From positions 5,704,001-5,768,000 of the forward strand of contig NC_073391.1 of assembly GCF_028641065.1 (NCBI RefSeq): DNA of 64,000 bases, given 5' to 3'. Shown here piece after piece: positions 26,060 through 39,424 of the stretch. The number at the start of each line of letters is the position of its first letter. The first letter of the stretch is position 1. Made by a program: the position numbers and the translations under genes. This DNA comes from Leucoraja erinacea (Eukaryota). The notes beneath the pieces were generated by a model. That model was not told the origin of the DNA and searched no databases. It was given only the letters and a program-made list of their open reading frames with translations.

Positions 26060-27410
26060 TTAAACGTCTATTGTTTCTGCCTCCACTATCATCTCTGGCA
26101 ACGCATGTCGGTCACCCACCATGTTCTGTGTAAAACATATGCCCAGCACATCTCATTGAAACCATTCCCCTCTGACCTTAAACACTAAACCTCTAGTCTT
26201 TGACATTTTCACCCTGGGAAAATGGTTCTGACCGACAACCTTATTTATGCCTCCCATAATTTTATATATATCTGTCAGGTGTCCCCTCAACCTCTGACAT
26301 TCCACAGAACCAATCCAAGTTTCTGCAACCTCTCCTTATAGCTAATGCCCTCTTATCCGGGCAGCATTCTGACATATGTCTTTGGGACCCTCTCCAGAGC
26401 CTCCACTTCCTCATGTATTGGGGTGGCCGGCAACTTGGTAACATTTTATCTTTTTCAATTAGAGTGAAATCTGTATCATAGAGTGATACAGTGTGGAAAC
26501 AGTCCCTTCGGCCCAACTTGCCCAACATGTCCCAGTTACACTAGTCCCACCTGCCCGCGTTTGGCCCATATCTCTCCAAACCTGTCCTTTCCATGTGCAT
26601 GTCTAATGGGCCTGACCCACTTAGGCGATTTTTCAGCGGGCTGCCAGCGACTGTCAATTTGCTGGCGACAGTCAAATTGCCGGCAGCCGCCTGAAAAACG
26701 ATGAACGGGAAGGCTGGCACTGTAAAAAGACGGCTAAAGCACAGTATACGGTAAGTCCTTTAAAAGAGAGGGGGAGAGAGTGGGAGAGGGGGGAGAAGTG
26801 GGGAGAAGGAGTGGAGACAACTTTTAAGAAGCCAGAGATACACGGCTGTGGAGCTCGGCGGACATTTAACATTGCCAGTTGGTTATCCTTGCTTCTGAAA
26901 ACTACTGCTTACTTTTTTTTTCCAATGAGCCAATGAAATTCATCGGTCAGCACCGGCTACAACCTAAGAGAGCCTCCAAGAACCTACGACCTCCTGGCGA
27001 TCCACGTACGGCACGAGAATTCACGTTACTCTCCATGGCGGCTTCATTCTAGTCGCGCTAATTTTTAAACATGTTGAAAATTTTGTGGCGACCATAATGC
27101 GGCCGTGACTAGTTCCCAGAATGCGAGAACTCCTCACGACCATGAAGGCGACTCCCCGGCAACCACCCACGAACATGTGGCGACCATGTGGCGACTGCAT
27201 AGTCTCCTGCAGTCGGCTAAAAAGTTGACTAAGTGGGACAGGTCCATAACTGTTTCCAAGACATTGGGATAGTCGCAGCCTCAACGACCTCCTCTGGCAA
27301 CTTGTTCCATACACCCTTTGGTTGAAAAAATTACCCCTCAAATTCCTACTAAATCTTTTCCTCTTCAACTTAAGCCTATATCATCTGGTCCTCAATTCAC
27401 TTACTCTGTG
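26060..27410 (-). mobile_element. CR1 3' fragments, one split by a MITE
   Basis: antisense CR1 ORF2 end; host sequence rejoins at the TAA TSD. Confidence 0.8.
26607..27246. mobile_element. PIF/Harbinger-type MITE
   Basis: TIR tgggcctgacccacttag / ctaagtgggacaggtcca; TAA TSD. Confidence 0.9.
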
Positions 27411-27634
27411 TTGGGGAAAAGAGCATTTATTGTTTTTTAAGAAGTCTGAAGGATCAAGTCTGTGACAGGGACATATCTTGTCCAAATGCATGATAAATCA
27501 GAAAATGGTGTATGCATGATGCGGTCAGGTGCCCTGCGGATAGATGTGTGATGATCAATTGTTAAGTAAGTCTAATTTACAACAATATCGAAGGAGAATT
27601 CCATTGTGTGCCCTTTATGATTATATTTAAAGGT

Positions 27635-29770
27635 CTTCATTCAGGAGTGGTACTCTCTGCATTAGTCCCAGTTGCCCCATGCTAGTGAGAGCAGGAATCG
27701 AAGGGCAGGCCAGATGAATACATGGCTGAAATGGTGGTGCAGGGGCCAAGGGTTCAGGTTTTGTGATAAAATCATGAGAGGAATAGATCGAGTAGATGCT
27801 AAGAGACACTTGCCGAGTATAGGGGATTCAAAGACCAGAGGACATAGGTTTAAGATGAAAGGGAAAAGATTAATAGAAATCTGAAGGACAACTTTTTCAC
27901 GCAATAGGTGGTGGGGGTAAGGAACAAGCTGCCAGAGGAGGTAGTTGAGGCAAGGACTATCCCAACTTTTAAACCACCATCTGCAGTTCCTTCTTACACA
28001 GTTTGTAGGGAAATTACATTAGCTGTAATAATAGGGAGGTGTTAGTGGGAGTTTATAATTTCACTCATATAGACTGAGTTTCCTTTGGTGTTTAGGACTT
28101 GTATCGGGTGGAATTTGTTAAATGTTTCCCAAGAAAATTTCCTTAATCAATAGATCGAGGGACATACTAGAGATAATAAGCTTCATCTCCTCTTAGGGAA
28201 TGAAGTCAAAGGGCCTGTCCCACTTGGGTGACCTAATCCGCGAGTTCTGGTCCTAGGAGGTCTTTGTAACTCTCCTTCATGCTCGAGAGTAGTCCCCGTG
28301 TACTCGAGGCTTCAGCTAGGTTGTGGCGTATTTTTCAACATGTTGAAAAATGCCCGCGAGTAAAAAAAAGTTGCCATGGAAAAAATCGATACTTTTTTAC
28401 TCGTAGATTTAGTCGTAGTAGATCGTAGTAGGTCGACATGTTAGTCGTAGGTAATCAAGGGTAGTCAAAGGTAGTCGGTGGTGGTCATAGATAGTCTTCA
28501 TCATCGTCGAAGGGAGATCGAAGGGAGGTCAAAGGATATTGAAGAAGGTCGTCTTCACTCTCCACTATTCGGTGTCCAATTTTCCCGAAGTTAGTCGAAG
28601 CTAGTCGAAGCTGGTCTTCAACATATTCGAAGGAGGTCTTCAACATGACATTTTTTCAAACTCTCCTAAACTCTTCTAAACTCGCCAATTAGGTCGCCCA
28701 AGTGGGACAGTCCCATGAAGACAAATGACTGATGTATTAAAAATGGAGCCTTTAACACATGGGATCAGTGACCATGATTTTATTTGTTTTAATGTAGTTA
28801 TAGAGAAGGACAGGAATGGCCTACAGGTTAAGGTCCAGATTTGGGACACGGCCTATTTTGCAGGTATTAGGCAGGAACTTGCAAAGGTCGATTCAGAGAG
28901 CTTCTTTGTAGTAACGTGGATGGCTGGTAAATAGGAGGCTTTCAAAAGTGAGCTAGAAAGAGTGCAGAGGCAACACATTCCTGTTCTGATAAAGGGCAAA
29001 GTTGACAAATTCAGAGAAACCAGGTTGAAGAGAGATGTTGAGACGTTGGTCAGGAAAATAGTGGCATACATCAGATTTAGTCAGTCAGAATCAGAATCAG
29101 GATATCGGGAAGGCAAATAGACATGAAATGGAGCTGGCAGGCATGGTAAAGTAAGGAAAATCCCAACAGATTCTACAGGTGCACAAAGTGTAAAAGTGTG
29201 TTTCGGCAAAGAATAGGCACCCTTAAAGATCGACGTTGCAGTTCTTGTGCAGAACCACAAGAGATGGGGGAGATATTAAATGAAAACTTGTCTGTTTTTA
29301 TTGAGGAGGTCATGCAAGGAATTGAGGCATAGGAGTTGTATTGTCTTAGATCATGTGCAAACTATCAAAAAGGTGGTATTGGAGGTTTTACCGTGCATTA
29401 AGGTGGACCAGGTGCATCTTTAGATCTTGTGGGAAGCACGGGAGTAAATTGCAGAGGCCTTTGCAGATATATTTGCATCATCTTTAGCCACAGGTAAAGT
29501 TCCAGAAGACTGGAAGATGGCTAATGCCGTACCTTAATTAAGAAGGCCAACAAGGACAAGGCAAGGAACTATAGGCCAGAGAACCTGATGTCAGTAATGG
29601 GAAAGCTATTGAAGGGGATTCCTAAGGACAGGATCCACCTGCATTTGGATAGGCAGAAATTGGTTAGGGATAGTCTGTATGGCTTTTGCGTAGGAAATCA
29701 TGTCTCACAAATCTGATCAAATTTTTTTAAGAGGTCATCAAGAGGATTGATGAGGGCAGGGCAGTGAATC
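27635..29770 (+). mobile_element. degenerate CR1 fragments (ORF1 esterase, endonuclease end, linker, RT start)
   Basis: MNTWLKWWCRGQGFRF; GISDHDFICF; NYRP and KSCLTNL relics near 29570 and 29700. Confidence 0.75.
28210..28715. mobile_element. PIF/Harbinger-type MITE, same subfamily as 8458 and 56871
   Basis: TIR gggcctgtcccacttgggtgacctaat / attaggtcgcccaagtgggacag. Confidence 0.88.
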
Positions 29771-29867
29771 TGCTCCAACATCCTTTTGTTCATTTAATTC
29801 CTTATCGTAATGATACAAGGTATCAAAAATAAACCTCATGTTGCCTTTGGTTCTTCAGGGAGTGATA

Positions 29868-30684
29868 TCTATATAACTAAAAGTCTCATCTTGACCACTT
29901 CCTGTCTGCGCTGTATATTGATTTTAGAAAACACGCTACCATATATCACTATGATTTTGGCCAGCTTACTCACAGTCCTCCTCCGCTGAGGCAGCCCTGA
30001 GGATTTTTCCGATCGATGAAAAATAAAAAAGTTATGAGTATTTAAAAAATCTTGAGATCAGCTGATTGGTCCTCTCGCCTGTCAATCACCATAATGAAGG
30101 TAACACCCCTACTGGGGGGAAGGGGGTGCAGGACTATACAACCATGGATGCCTCAACGTGAGTCAGTCACTCTGGAAGATCACGAAGGAGAATCCACAAC
30201 TGTGATTGTAAGCTGTCAATTAACTGAACTGTGAGTTTGCAATGTACTTGCAATAAATGATTTGTTAGCCCTTAATGACAATGCAATGAGTTGTTTGGCA
30301 GTTTGGTGGCCTGCACTCTGCTTGAAATGCTATGAAACTGAATGTGGTGGCTATGAAACTGAATGTGGTGGCCTGCACTGCACTCTGCTTCAAATGCTAC
30401 GAAACTGAGCTGCCAGCCCACCAGGCCTGAGTGACTGAGCTGCCAGCCCTCCAGGCCTGAGTGACTGAGCTGCCAGCCCAAGAATCCAATCGGCCAACAA
30501 TGTCCATACTAGCCCTCCAGAAACCAGTCTCTTCGGCCCACAACACCCATACTAGCGCTCCAGAAATCCCCCCCCCCCCCCCCCACTGGCGACCAATGTT
30601 GGAATTGGTGGAGAGGTGGAATATTGTGTTGGGGACCAGCCATCCCGTGTGAACATGGGACCCAACAGGTCCCACTTAGTCTAG
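29868..30684 (+). mobile_element. non-autonomous Helitron
   Basis: 5' TC (a|tctatataac), 3' hairpin tgggacc-caaca-ggtccca then CTAG|t; inserted at A/T with no TSD; internal 29-bp repeats at ~30404-30480. Confidence 0.9.
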
Positions 30685-30821
30685 TTAATACTATTATTGA
30701 AAACACATTCCCCTATTTAGGCTATCAAAACATTTGGTCATTACTGGAACCTTTCTAAATCCATTTTTAACCTTATTTGTTCTGAGCAGGACATCTCTAG
30801 TGTTTCTAGCTTATTTATATT

Positions 30822-31474
30822 ATTGAGTAGAGGTGCAAACAGGTCCTTTTGCAGTTGTACAGGGCCCAGGTGAGACCATAACTGGAGTATTGTGTGCAGT
30901 TTTGGTCTCCAAACTTGAGAAAGGACATTCTTACTATTAAGGGAGTGCAGCGTAGGTTCATGAGGTTAATTCCCGGGATGGCGGGACTGTCATATGCTGA
31001 AAGAATAGAGCGACTGAGCTTGTATACACTGGAAATGGGAAGGATGAGAGGAGATCTTATTGAAACATATAAGATTATTAAGGGATTGGACACGCTAGAT
31101 AAAAGCAGGAAACATGTTCCTGATGTTGGGGGAGTTCAGAACCAGGGGCTACAGTTTAAGAATAAGGGGTAAGCCATTTAGAACGGAGATGAGAAAAAAT
31201 CTTTTCACCCAGAGAGTTGTGAATCTGTGGAATTCTCTGCCTCAGAAGGCCGATTCTCTGGCTGCTTTCAAGAGAGAATCAGATAGAGTTCTTAAAGATA
31301 ACGGAATCAAGGGTTATGAGAAGAACGCAGGAAGGGGGTATTGATTGTGGATGATCAGCCATCACAGTGAACGGCGGTGCTGGCTCAAAGGGCCAAATGG
31401 CCTACTCTTGCACCTAATGTCTATTGTCTATTGTCTATTGTCTATTGTCTATTGTTTATTGTCTATTGTCTATT
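30822..31474 (+). mobile_element. CR1 LINE 3' fragment with (ctattgt)n tail
   Basis: QFWSPNLRKDIL...; expanded tail at 31420-31474. Confidence 0.93.
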
Positions 31475-32309
31475 ACCGAAGTCCTTCATTCCTGCTACCA
31501 TCCAATAAATCTCTTCTGCATCTGCTCCAAGGCATTAGCATGTGGCGTATGGGCTTCAACAGTTACTGCAGCCAACATCTCAATAGGTTATTTCACCAAT
31601 ATTTAACAGCACTCCTTCATATTGTACTTTTTATAGTCCTTTTAATAAAGCCAAAGATCCTAAGAATTAACTTGCTCTGCCAGATTCAAAGATGTACTAC
31701 GTAAGGTCCCATGACTTCTTATTGAAAGAAGCTGAAGAATGTTTTATTCCCCTCTACTGACATAGATATGATCGAAAAAGATAAAAATGTCACCATGGCA
31801 ACAAGTGTAATAATTTTCAACAAAGTATGCATCCAAATTTTTTAACGCATTATTGCTATGCCATTTTATTCAAAAAATGCCTTGTGGTGGCGGGGAACAG
31901 AGTACATTTAATTATTCTTCATACCTCGTTTCCCTTTTCCATGACTCCCAGTCTAAAGTAGGGTCTCGACCCAAAATGTCACCTTTTCCTCATCTCCAGA
32001 GATGCTGCCTGTCCCGCTGAGTTGCACCAGCATTTTGTGTCTACGTTCGGTTTAATCCCGCATCTGCCGTCCCTTCCTACACATAGGCATCACTTTATTT
32101 TTGTCAGAGGTTATGGGGAGAAGGCAGGAGAATGGGGTTAGGTGGGAGAGATAGATCAGCCATGATTGAATGATGGAATAGACTTGATGGGCCGAATGGC
32201 CTATTTCCACTCGTATCACTTATGATCTTTCTCTGCACTGGTGGTCCAGGGCAGTTGCCAAACCCAGAAACGTTACCTATCCATAAGAGTTCTGACCCTT
32301 GGGAAACAT

Positions 32310-32476
32310 AACTTCATTCCATTTGTAATCATTGTTTTTGTGAGACTCCTGGGATCAATTGGCTGTTGTGTTTCCAAAACCACAACAATAACTGTACATC
32401 AAAATATTCTTACTTTGCTGGAAGGTACTCTCTGAATCCGTCAATGATTGTGATGGTTCTATATAAATGAAAGCAT
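32310..32476 (+). mobile_element. ancient DeuSINE-like (SacSINE1/AmnSINE-type) 3' fragment
   Basis: aattggctg..gtgtttcc...acaaca.t.act..ca..caaaa...tatataaatg resembles the Deu domain end and tail. Confidence 0.55.
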
Positions 32477-32605
32477 CTCATTCAATGTTTGTATCTTAGG
32501 GATAACAGAATCAAAACAGTCAATAAAACTTCAGTTATGTCATCGATTAAAATATCTTTGCTTTATCCATAAGCTGTTCCACTGTTCCTTCATATCCACA
32601 TAATT

Positions 32606-33703
32606 GGGAAAAGGGGAAGTACAAAGGGATCTGGGGGTCCTGTTTCATCAGTCAATGAAAGTAAAAGCCCTGTCCCACAGTACGAGTTCATTCCAAGAGC
32701 TCTCCCGAGTTTGCCCTGATTCAAGCTCAGAGATTTACGGTAATGGCCACTCGTCGGTACTCGGGGATCTCTTGGACATTTTTCAACATGTTGAAAAATC
32801 TTCACCCGTCTTCCCGTGCTTAGCTGCAGTTAGCGAGTCTTCCCAAGTACCTGCCGTTAGGGTTACGAGCCGCTAAGAGACATCCCCGAGCTCCGAAGTA
32901 CCCGCTACGTTCATTCTCCGTGCTTACCACGAGTTTATTTATTTATTTATTTGTTTTATTATTTATTTCGATTGTTCATTTGATTTTTTTTTTAACTCGG
33001 GAGAGCTCTTGGAATGAACTTGTACCGTGCGACAGGGCTTTAAGCTTGCAGGTACAGCAGGCAGTGAAGAAAGCGAATGGCATGTTGGCCTTCATAACAA
33101 GAGGGTTTGAATATAGGAGCAAAGAGGTACTTCTGCTGTTGCGCAGGGCCCTAGCGAGACCACACCTGGAGTATTGTGTGCAGTTTTGGTCCCCTAATTT
33201 GAAGAAGGACATTATTGTTATTGTGAGAGTGCAGTGTAGGTTTACAAGGTTAATTCCCAGGATGGCGGGACTGTCATATGCTGAGAGAATGGAGCGGCTG
33301 AGCTTGTATACTATGTAGTTTAGAAGGATGAGAGGGCATTTTATTGAAACATATCAGATTATTACGGGTTTGGAAACGCTAGGGGCAGGAAACATGCTTC
33401 TGATGTTGGTGGCGCCCAGAACCAGGAGCCATAGTTGAAGAATAAGGGGTAAGCCATTTAGAACGGAGATGAGGAAACACTTTTTCACACAGTGAGTTGT
33501 GAGTCTGTGGAATTCTCTGCCTCAGAGGGCAGTGGGGGCCGGTTCTCTGGATGCTTTCAAGAGAGAGCTAGATAGGACTCTTAAAGATAGCGGAGTCTGG
33601 GGATATGGGGAGATGGGAGGAACAGGGTACAGATTGGGGCTGAATGGCGGTGCTGGCTCAAAGGGCTGAATGGCCTACTCCTGCACTGATTGTCTATTGT
33701 CTA
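32606..33703 (+). mobile_element. CR1 LINE 3' fragment split by a MITE
   Basis: VQRDLGVL...QAVKKANGML...RPHLEYCVQFW. Confidence 0.93.
32665..33040. mobile_element. PIF/Harbinger-type MITE with ~47-bp TIRs
   Basis: aagccctgtcccacagtacgagttcattccaagagctctcccgagtt and its inverse; TAA TSD. Confidence 0.92.
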
Positions 33704-34692
33704 ATGATTATTCTCATTTGTTCATTTGACCCCATTTTAACAATCTTTAATTATCAATTTGATTCCTCCTTTGACCCACTTGTATTATATTAGCTCTTTT
33801 TAAAAAATCTATAATAGTTTCATGTATCATAATGGATTCCCTCCAATTTTTCTTTATCTTTCCTGAATAATTTCAGCAATGGGTTAGCAACGCTCACCAG
33901 AACTACTTCTCAATAATGTACCCACTTTGCCACAGATCTACATCAGAGTTACAAAGCACTTTACCAGGTTAAATTTACCAGGTTAAATTGTGCAAGGAAA
34001 AAAAAAAAAAAATGCTGGAAATACTCAGAAGGTCAAGAATCCTTTGTTGAGAAAGAAACAGGGTTAATGTTTCAGAACAAAGACCATTTGTCAAAATCTG
34101 CCATGGGTTCAGCAAGTAGATTCGCCAACATAAGGGTTGGGGAAATCGATAAGTTTATTTACTGTCACATATCTCAGTACAGATGCAGGAAATGTAAAAT
34201 TTTAAGCAGAAAATGTTGGAAATATTTAGCACATCAGATGGTTCTGAAGAAGGGTCAATTGAAACATTGAATCTGTTTCTCTTTCCACAGATGCTGACTG
34301 GCCTACTGAGTAATTCCAGTATATTCTTTTTTTATTTTAAGCATACTCTGAGCGCTGTCAGGAAGTCACCGAGGTCAATGATAGGAATGTTAACTAAACT
34401 AATTAGGTAAATTGTACAAAAGAAACTAGTGGATCTTGACTTGACTTGGCCAATCTTTGCAAGTTAGTGTGGAATGTCTTAGAGCAAAGAACATAGAACA
34501 GTACAGCACTGGAACAAGCTCACTGGTCCATGATATCTGTTTCAACCATGATGCGAGGTTAATCTAACCCCATCTGCCTGCACATGATCCATATCCCTCC
34601 CATTCCTGCATGTTCATGTGCGTCTCCAAGTGTCTCTTAATACCACTATCATATCTGCTTTCACTATCACCACTGAAAGAATTGGAATTGCT

Positions 34693-35429
34693 TCGGTAGT
34701 GGCGGCGCTGGTGAACGGCTGCGGCTCGCCTGCTGTCCGTTTGTTTTTACTTTTTTGTGTTGTGTTTTTTCGTTTTGTCTAGTTAAGTTTTTGGTTTTTA
34801 GGTTGTGTTTATGTGGGGGGGGGGGGGTGTTTATGTGTGGCGCTCCCGTGAGGGCGGCCTGGCGAGGGGCTGAGACTCTCCTGTGAGGGGCTGTGGCGCT
34901 CCCGTTGGAGCGGCCCAGCCCAAGGGTGGAATGGCTCTCTCGTCGGAGCGGCCCTGCTCGAGGGAGGTACCGCACTCACGTGAGGGCGATCCGGCTCGGG
35001 GCTGGAACGGCGCTCCGGTGGCTGGGACGATGTTCTGGCGGCGGTGACCTGAGTCCGGGGTTCAGCCGTGGGCCAGCGGCTGCGTCCGCTGGACTGGAGG
35101 GTGGCAGCTCCGACCACCCCGGGCCGCGGTGTTTGAGCCGGCCCGTTTGCTAGGTTCGGTGAGCCGCGGGACTGGTTGTACCATCGCCCGGTGGGGAATC
35201 GCCTCAGCGCAGAAGGAGAAGAGAAGGGAAGAGACTGCAGCCCTAAGATTTTTGCCTCCACCACAGTGAGGAGGTGCTTGGAGGATACACTGTGGTGGAT
35301 GTTAATTTGTGTTTATTGTTGTTTATTATTGTATGATTGTATGTATGACTGCAGGCACGAAATTTTGTTCAGACCGTAAGGTCTGAATGACAATAAAGGT
35401 ATTCTATTCTATTCTATTCTATTCTATTT
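34693..35429 (+). mobile_element. GC-rich non-autonomous retroelement
   Basis: ggcggcg start; ends tgacaataaagg(tattc)n, like the Rex1 tail at ~10230. Confidence 0.65.
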
Positions 35430-36659
35430 AAGATTACAAAAGTGCAGGGTGTGTATTAAGGAACTGCAGATGCTGGTTTAAACCGAAGATAGACACCAAA
35501 AGCTGGAGTAACTCAGTGGGTCAGACAACATCACTGGAGCAAAGGAATGGGTGACGTTTCAGGTCGAAACCCTAAAGAAATGTCACCTATTCCTTTTCTC
35601 CAAAGTACAGATTACACAGGTGTGATAATAAGACCGTGATGATGACAATTATGTTTGTCAGCTATGATAACCAGTGATTCATTTCCAGTTTAATATAACC
35701 TGTGCAATTTTCTTTATTCATTAGCACTGATTTTTGCATGGAAACTTCCCAACATCTGAAATGAAAGAATTATATTTAAATTTATCAAATCTACAGAAAG
35801 AGAGATATTATTTCCGCTTAAAATCTGAAAATGTGATTATCTGGAGTTACTAAATGCAAATGAAAGAACTTCCTACAATACAATAAAAGCAATCTTTAGA
35901 TTTCTAATGATGATTTTATTGGTATTCATTATAGAGGATTATTGAATGATACTCTCGGATCATATGCCTTGTAACCTTTAATACATGGAAATGTAGCCTT
36001 ATTAAAGGAAGTAAAATGAAATGAACCGCAGGTGTGGATAAAAAGAACCAGCATGTGATTTGTAAAACACTTGTAATCATCTTGAGAAAACGGAACGGTA
36101 ATTAGGAACAATTTTGTATATCTTTATTCAGTCTGGCAAATTGTAATCTATTAGTATCTCATAAATATTAAACAACATAGTGAATTCTATTGTCAAGAAG
36201 TGGTTCAAAGAAGATATGTAAAATGATAACTCATTTAATAACATCCACCAAAGCTCCAGAAGGGAAAGATTCCATCAGATCATCCTTTGAATTTAAGAGA
36301 GGGTGAATTGTTAAATAAGCCAATGATAGCCTAAAAACATGGTGTACCTGCAGAAATTTGAAGCAGAGTATTTCATTTAAAAAATTCTATTTCAATGAAA
36401 AGGCTCAAAATTTGCAAGCTGATAAGGAACATTATGGAAGGGATTGAAAGAGGCATTGAGCCATTGTGAAAGAAATAATGTACAAGTGCGAGCATAACTG
36501 AGTGAAGTGTCTTTGGATTCAACGCTGAAGCTGTTTGAATGTCTTCAACATATTTCAGGGCTAGGATTGAAAGTGACATAGGTAGGACAAAGATTAATAG
36601 GTAATAGATTGAGAAAGCAAATTATGTGGAAATGAGGGTTAGTGTAAAAAAAACCCCGA

Positions 36660-37048
36660 AAGACTAATAAAATAGGGAGTGGAAAATGGGAATCCTTTAA
36701 AAAAGATAATCAATGCAATAACAGAATGGTTAACCACAAATTTAAATTAAAATCCGACGCTAGGGATTGGTGGGAGGGAGGTATATCTCCATCTTTTCTT
36801 TTCTTATTTCCTTTCTTTTCTTCTGCACTGTTTTGGTAGCTTAGGGGTCTGTTTCCTGCTCTTTTGTATTTTACTTCTTTTTTCTTCATTCTCTTCCTTC
36901 TTCTTTCTTTGTTTTCTTTTTTTTTCTTTTTTCTTTTTTTTTGGTTTAAAGGTTAAATAAGGTTAAAAAATAAAGCTGTACAATAACTGTATAATTGTTA
37001 TGCCGATCGTCTTATCCTTGTACAATTGCTTCTAATTTAAAAAAAAAA
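36660..37048 (+). mobile_element. probable L1-type 3' end with poly(A)
   Basis: T-rich UTR ending in an A run; interrupts the protease relic. Confidence 0.4.
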
Positions 37049-37174
37049 GAGAATCAATAGTGTTTTAAAGAAATGCATTCTACTAAAAGTTAAACACATT
37101 ATTGAGCAATGTGGATGAATCAAGAGAATTAAATGAGAAAAGTTGAATCTACAGGAAGAAAAAGGTAAACAATG

Positions 37175-38500
37175 ATCGTAGGCAATCCCTGGAGATGGAG
37201 GACAACCTCCTACCATTCAGGTTTTGTGCATTCTGAGATGATTGATGATACAAATTTATTATGGCATATTCTTCAATAGAGAGGGCAGAAAGTGCCTGAT
37301 GTGCGGATGGGTGGGCACTGTCAGACGTTGTGCTCCTTCTGCAGGGGGTCTCTGTGTTTCAAATCCCTGGACTCAAGGTATACCTTTTTGTGCAGTCACG
37401 GCCCAGTTATTTGCAGAGGGAAAGGGAATGGTGCATTTTTCTTGGAGTCGTTGACTATATTCACTAGTCACCTGTTAGTCTTCAGCACAACAGAGTTTAG
37501 AGTAGATTGTCTCTTTCAGGAGTCTGGTGCCGTCTATGTGAACATTGTGACCTACCGAAGAGGACTGTAATTAGGGTTTCAAAACCAGTGATGTTGACTG
37601 TTGGAGGAAACCAACATTAGTTTGTTTAAATGTAGAAATAAAGAGCTGCAGATGCCTGTTAATGTACAGAAGGAACTCCACATACACTGAAGATTAAACA
37701 AACCAAAAGGACACAAATTGCTGGTGTAACGCAGCAGGTCTGCTAGCATCACTGGAGAACATCGATAGGTAACATTTTGGTTGAGATCCTTCTTCAGACC
37801 GATTGTAGGGGGAGAATCCTCCTAAGACCTATTACCTGTCACGTTTTCTCCTGCCTCTCCCCTCTTCTAGTTTTCTTCCTCCCTACACTCAGTCTGAAGG
37901 AGGATCTCCACCAGAGACTTTCCCTCTTGATGTTCTCCAGAGACGCTGCCTGACCAGCTGAATTACTCCAGAACTCTTTGTGTTCTTTTGGTTTGTTTAG
38001 CTCTGAGTGGCACTGTGGCGCAGTGGTTGAGTTGTGGCCTTACAGTAAATGAAGCGCCAGAGACCCATTTTCGATCCTGACTAAGGGTGCTGTCTGTATG
38101 GAGTTTGTACCTTCTCCCCGTGACCTGCGTGGGTTTTCTCCGAGATCGGTTTCTTCAAACTCTCCAATGACGTGCAGGTATGTAGGTTAATTGGCTTGGA
38201 AAAATGTAAAAAAATGTCATTAGTGGTTATAGGATAGTGGTGATGTGCGGGGTTCGCTGGTTGGCGCGGACCAGGAGGGCCGTAAGGGCCTGTTTCCGTG
38301 CTGTATCTCTACACTAAACTAAACTAATCTTCAGTGTATGTGGAGGATTTTGTGGAGACAGTATTGATAGTATCTTTCAAATGCCGCCGGTGCGAGACTT
38401 CACCACCGCCGAGACTCCATCGTGGCGAGGTTTCACCACTGCCTCCGTTTCACTATTGCCGAGACCTCACCACTGTCCCTGCCCCAGTGCGTATGCCTAG
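37175..38500 (-). mobile_element. old RTE LINE fragment with nested PLE and SINE
   Basis: atcgtaggcaatccct..gatggagga RTE-type tail; C-terminal Cys/His region on the minus strand. Confidence 0.6.
38007..38328 (+). mobile_element. HE1-type V-SINE, full length
   Basis: tRNA-like A and B boxes (gtggcgcagtgg, ttcgatcc), V core, (ctaaa)n tail. Confidence 0.9.
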
Positions 38501-38654
38501 AACATAAGTGCAGATTACTCAGTTGTGAAGAATAGGAAACACCAGAAATATTACCACTTATTAGAAAACACCAAAGTGAATGGAAGGGAGGGGATTGAGG
38601 TAGGACAGAAAGGATCTCATGATACGTAATTCAAAACAGGTCAGCAATTTACCA

Positions 38655-39424
38655 CCAGGGATGCCGCATGACTGGCAGCCCCGCCAACTGTCTTTTTCGT
38701 CTTTTTTTAAATCATTTTTAAAGTGTGTTAAAAGTTTGTGCAAATGTTCTCTGGTTTGTTTTATGTGGGGGGGAGGGGGAAGGGGAGGGGTTGGGGGAAA
38801 CATTTGTTTTCAGTTTCTTTCCTTGCCGGAGATGCGATTATTTTTTGGATCGCGATCTCCGGTCGCTCTGCGGCCTACCATCGATGGAGCTGGAGGCCTC
38901 CTTGGACTGACCTTGGGCCCCACCGCGGGCCGTGGACTTAAATCGGAGTCGATCCCTTGCCTGGGATCACTCCAACTGAGGCCTGCGGACTTTACATCGG
39001 GACCTCGTGGTCTTGAGAGAGGTTCTGGATGTCGGGAGCTCCAATGTCGCGGAAGGTTCGACCAGCCCTGACGCGGGCCGGATTCGATCGTTCAGCGCGG
39101 GGTAGCTGACATCCCCCCGATGCAGGAGCTGATCGCCTTGATGCGGAGTGCCCAAACGCCGCCGGCTACGGGAGTCAAGATCATCCCATCAACGGAGGGC
39201 TCAAGGCCCCCGACTGCAGGAGAGCAAAGGGAAGAGACTAAACTTCTTTTCACCTTCCATCACAGAGAGGAATGTGGAGGAGTCACTGTGATGGATGTTT
39301 ATGTTAAAATGTGTTTTGTGTGTTCTGTTGCTTTTTATTTGTATGACTGACTTGGCAAATGCAATTCCTCGTATGTTGCAAAACATACTTGTCTAATAAA
39401 GTATTATTGTGATTGTGATTGTGA
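38655..39424 (+). mobile_element. GC-rich non-autonomous retroelement
   Basis: close relative of 46715-47273; aataaa plus (gattgt)n tail. Confidence 0.65.

Larger units (their letters stand above)
25255..34440 (+). pseudogene. second decayed Maverick/Polinton pPolB (element B), fragmented by TEs
   Basis: TQGPK..SIKRVQKSNF..FPHSF (25267-25425), AIIFL..IRIINAIK*G (~25947-26023), FCSFNSLS (29784; motif A region), ALACGVW...IGY (31532-31591), IEKDKN..FNKVC (31771; motif B region), FNVCILGIT..KLQLC (32481), WVSNAHQNY (33880). Confidence 0.68.
36450..38650 (-). pseudogene. decayed Maverick cysteine protease (adenain-like), element B
   Basis: LTCFEL...HFGVF (38564-38645), HCL at the catalytic His position (37166-37174), FNSL (37122-37133), QSIT/NLCPTY (36578-36612). 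Confidence 0.6.

Noticed and set aside
38007-38090. tRNA gene (A and B boxes)
   Set aside because: It is the tRNA-derived head of an HE1-type SINE, repeated many times in the window
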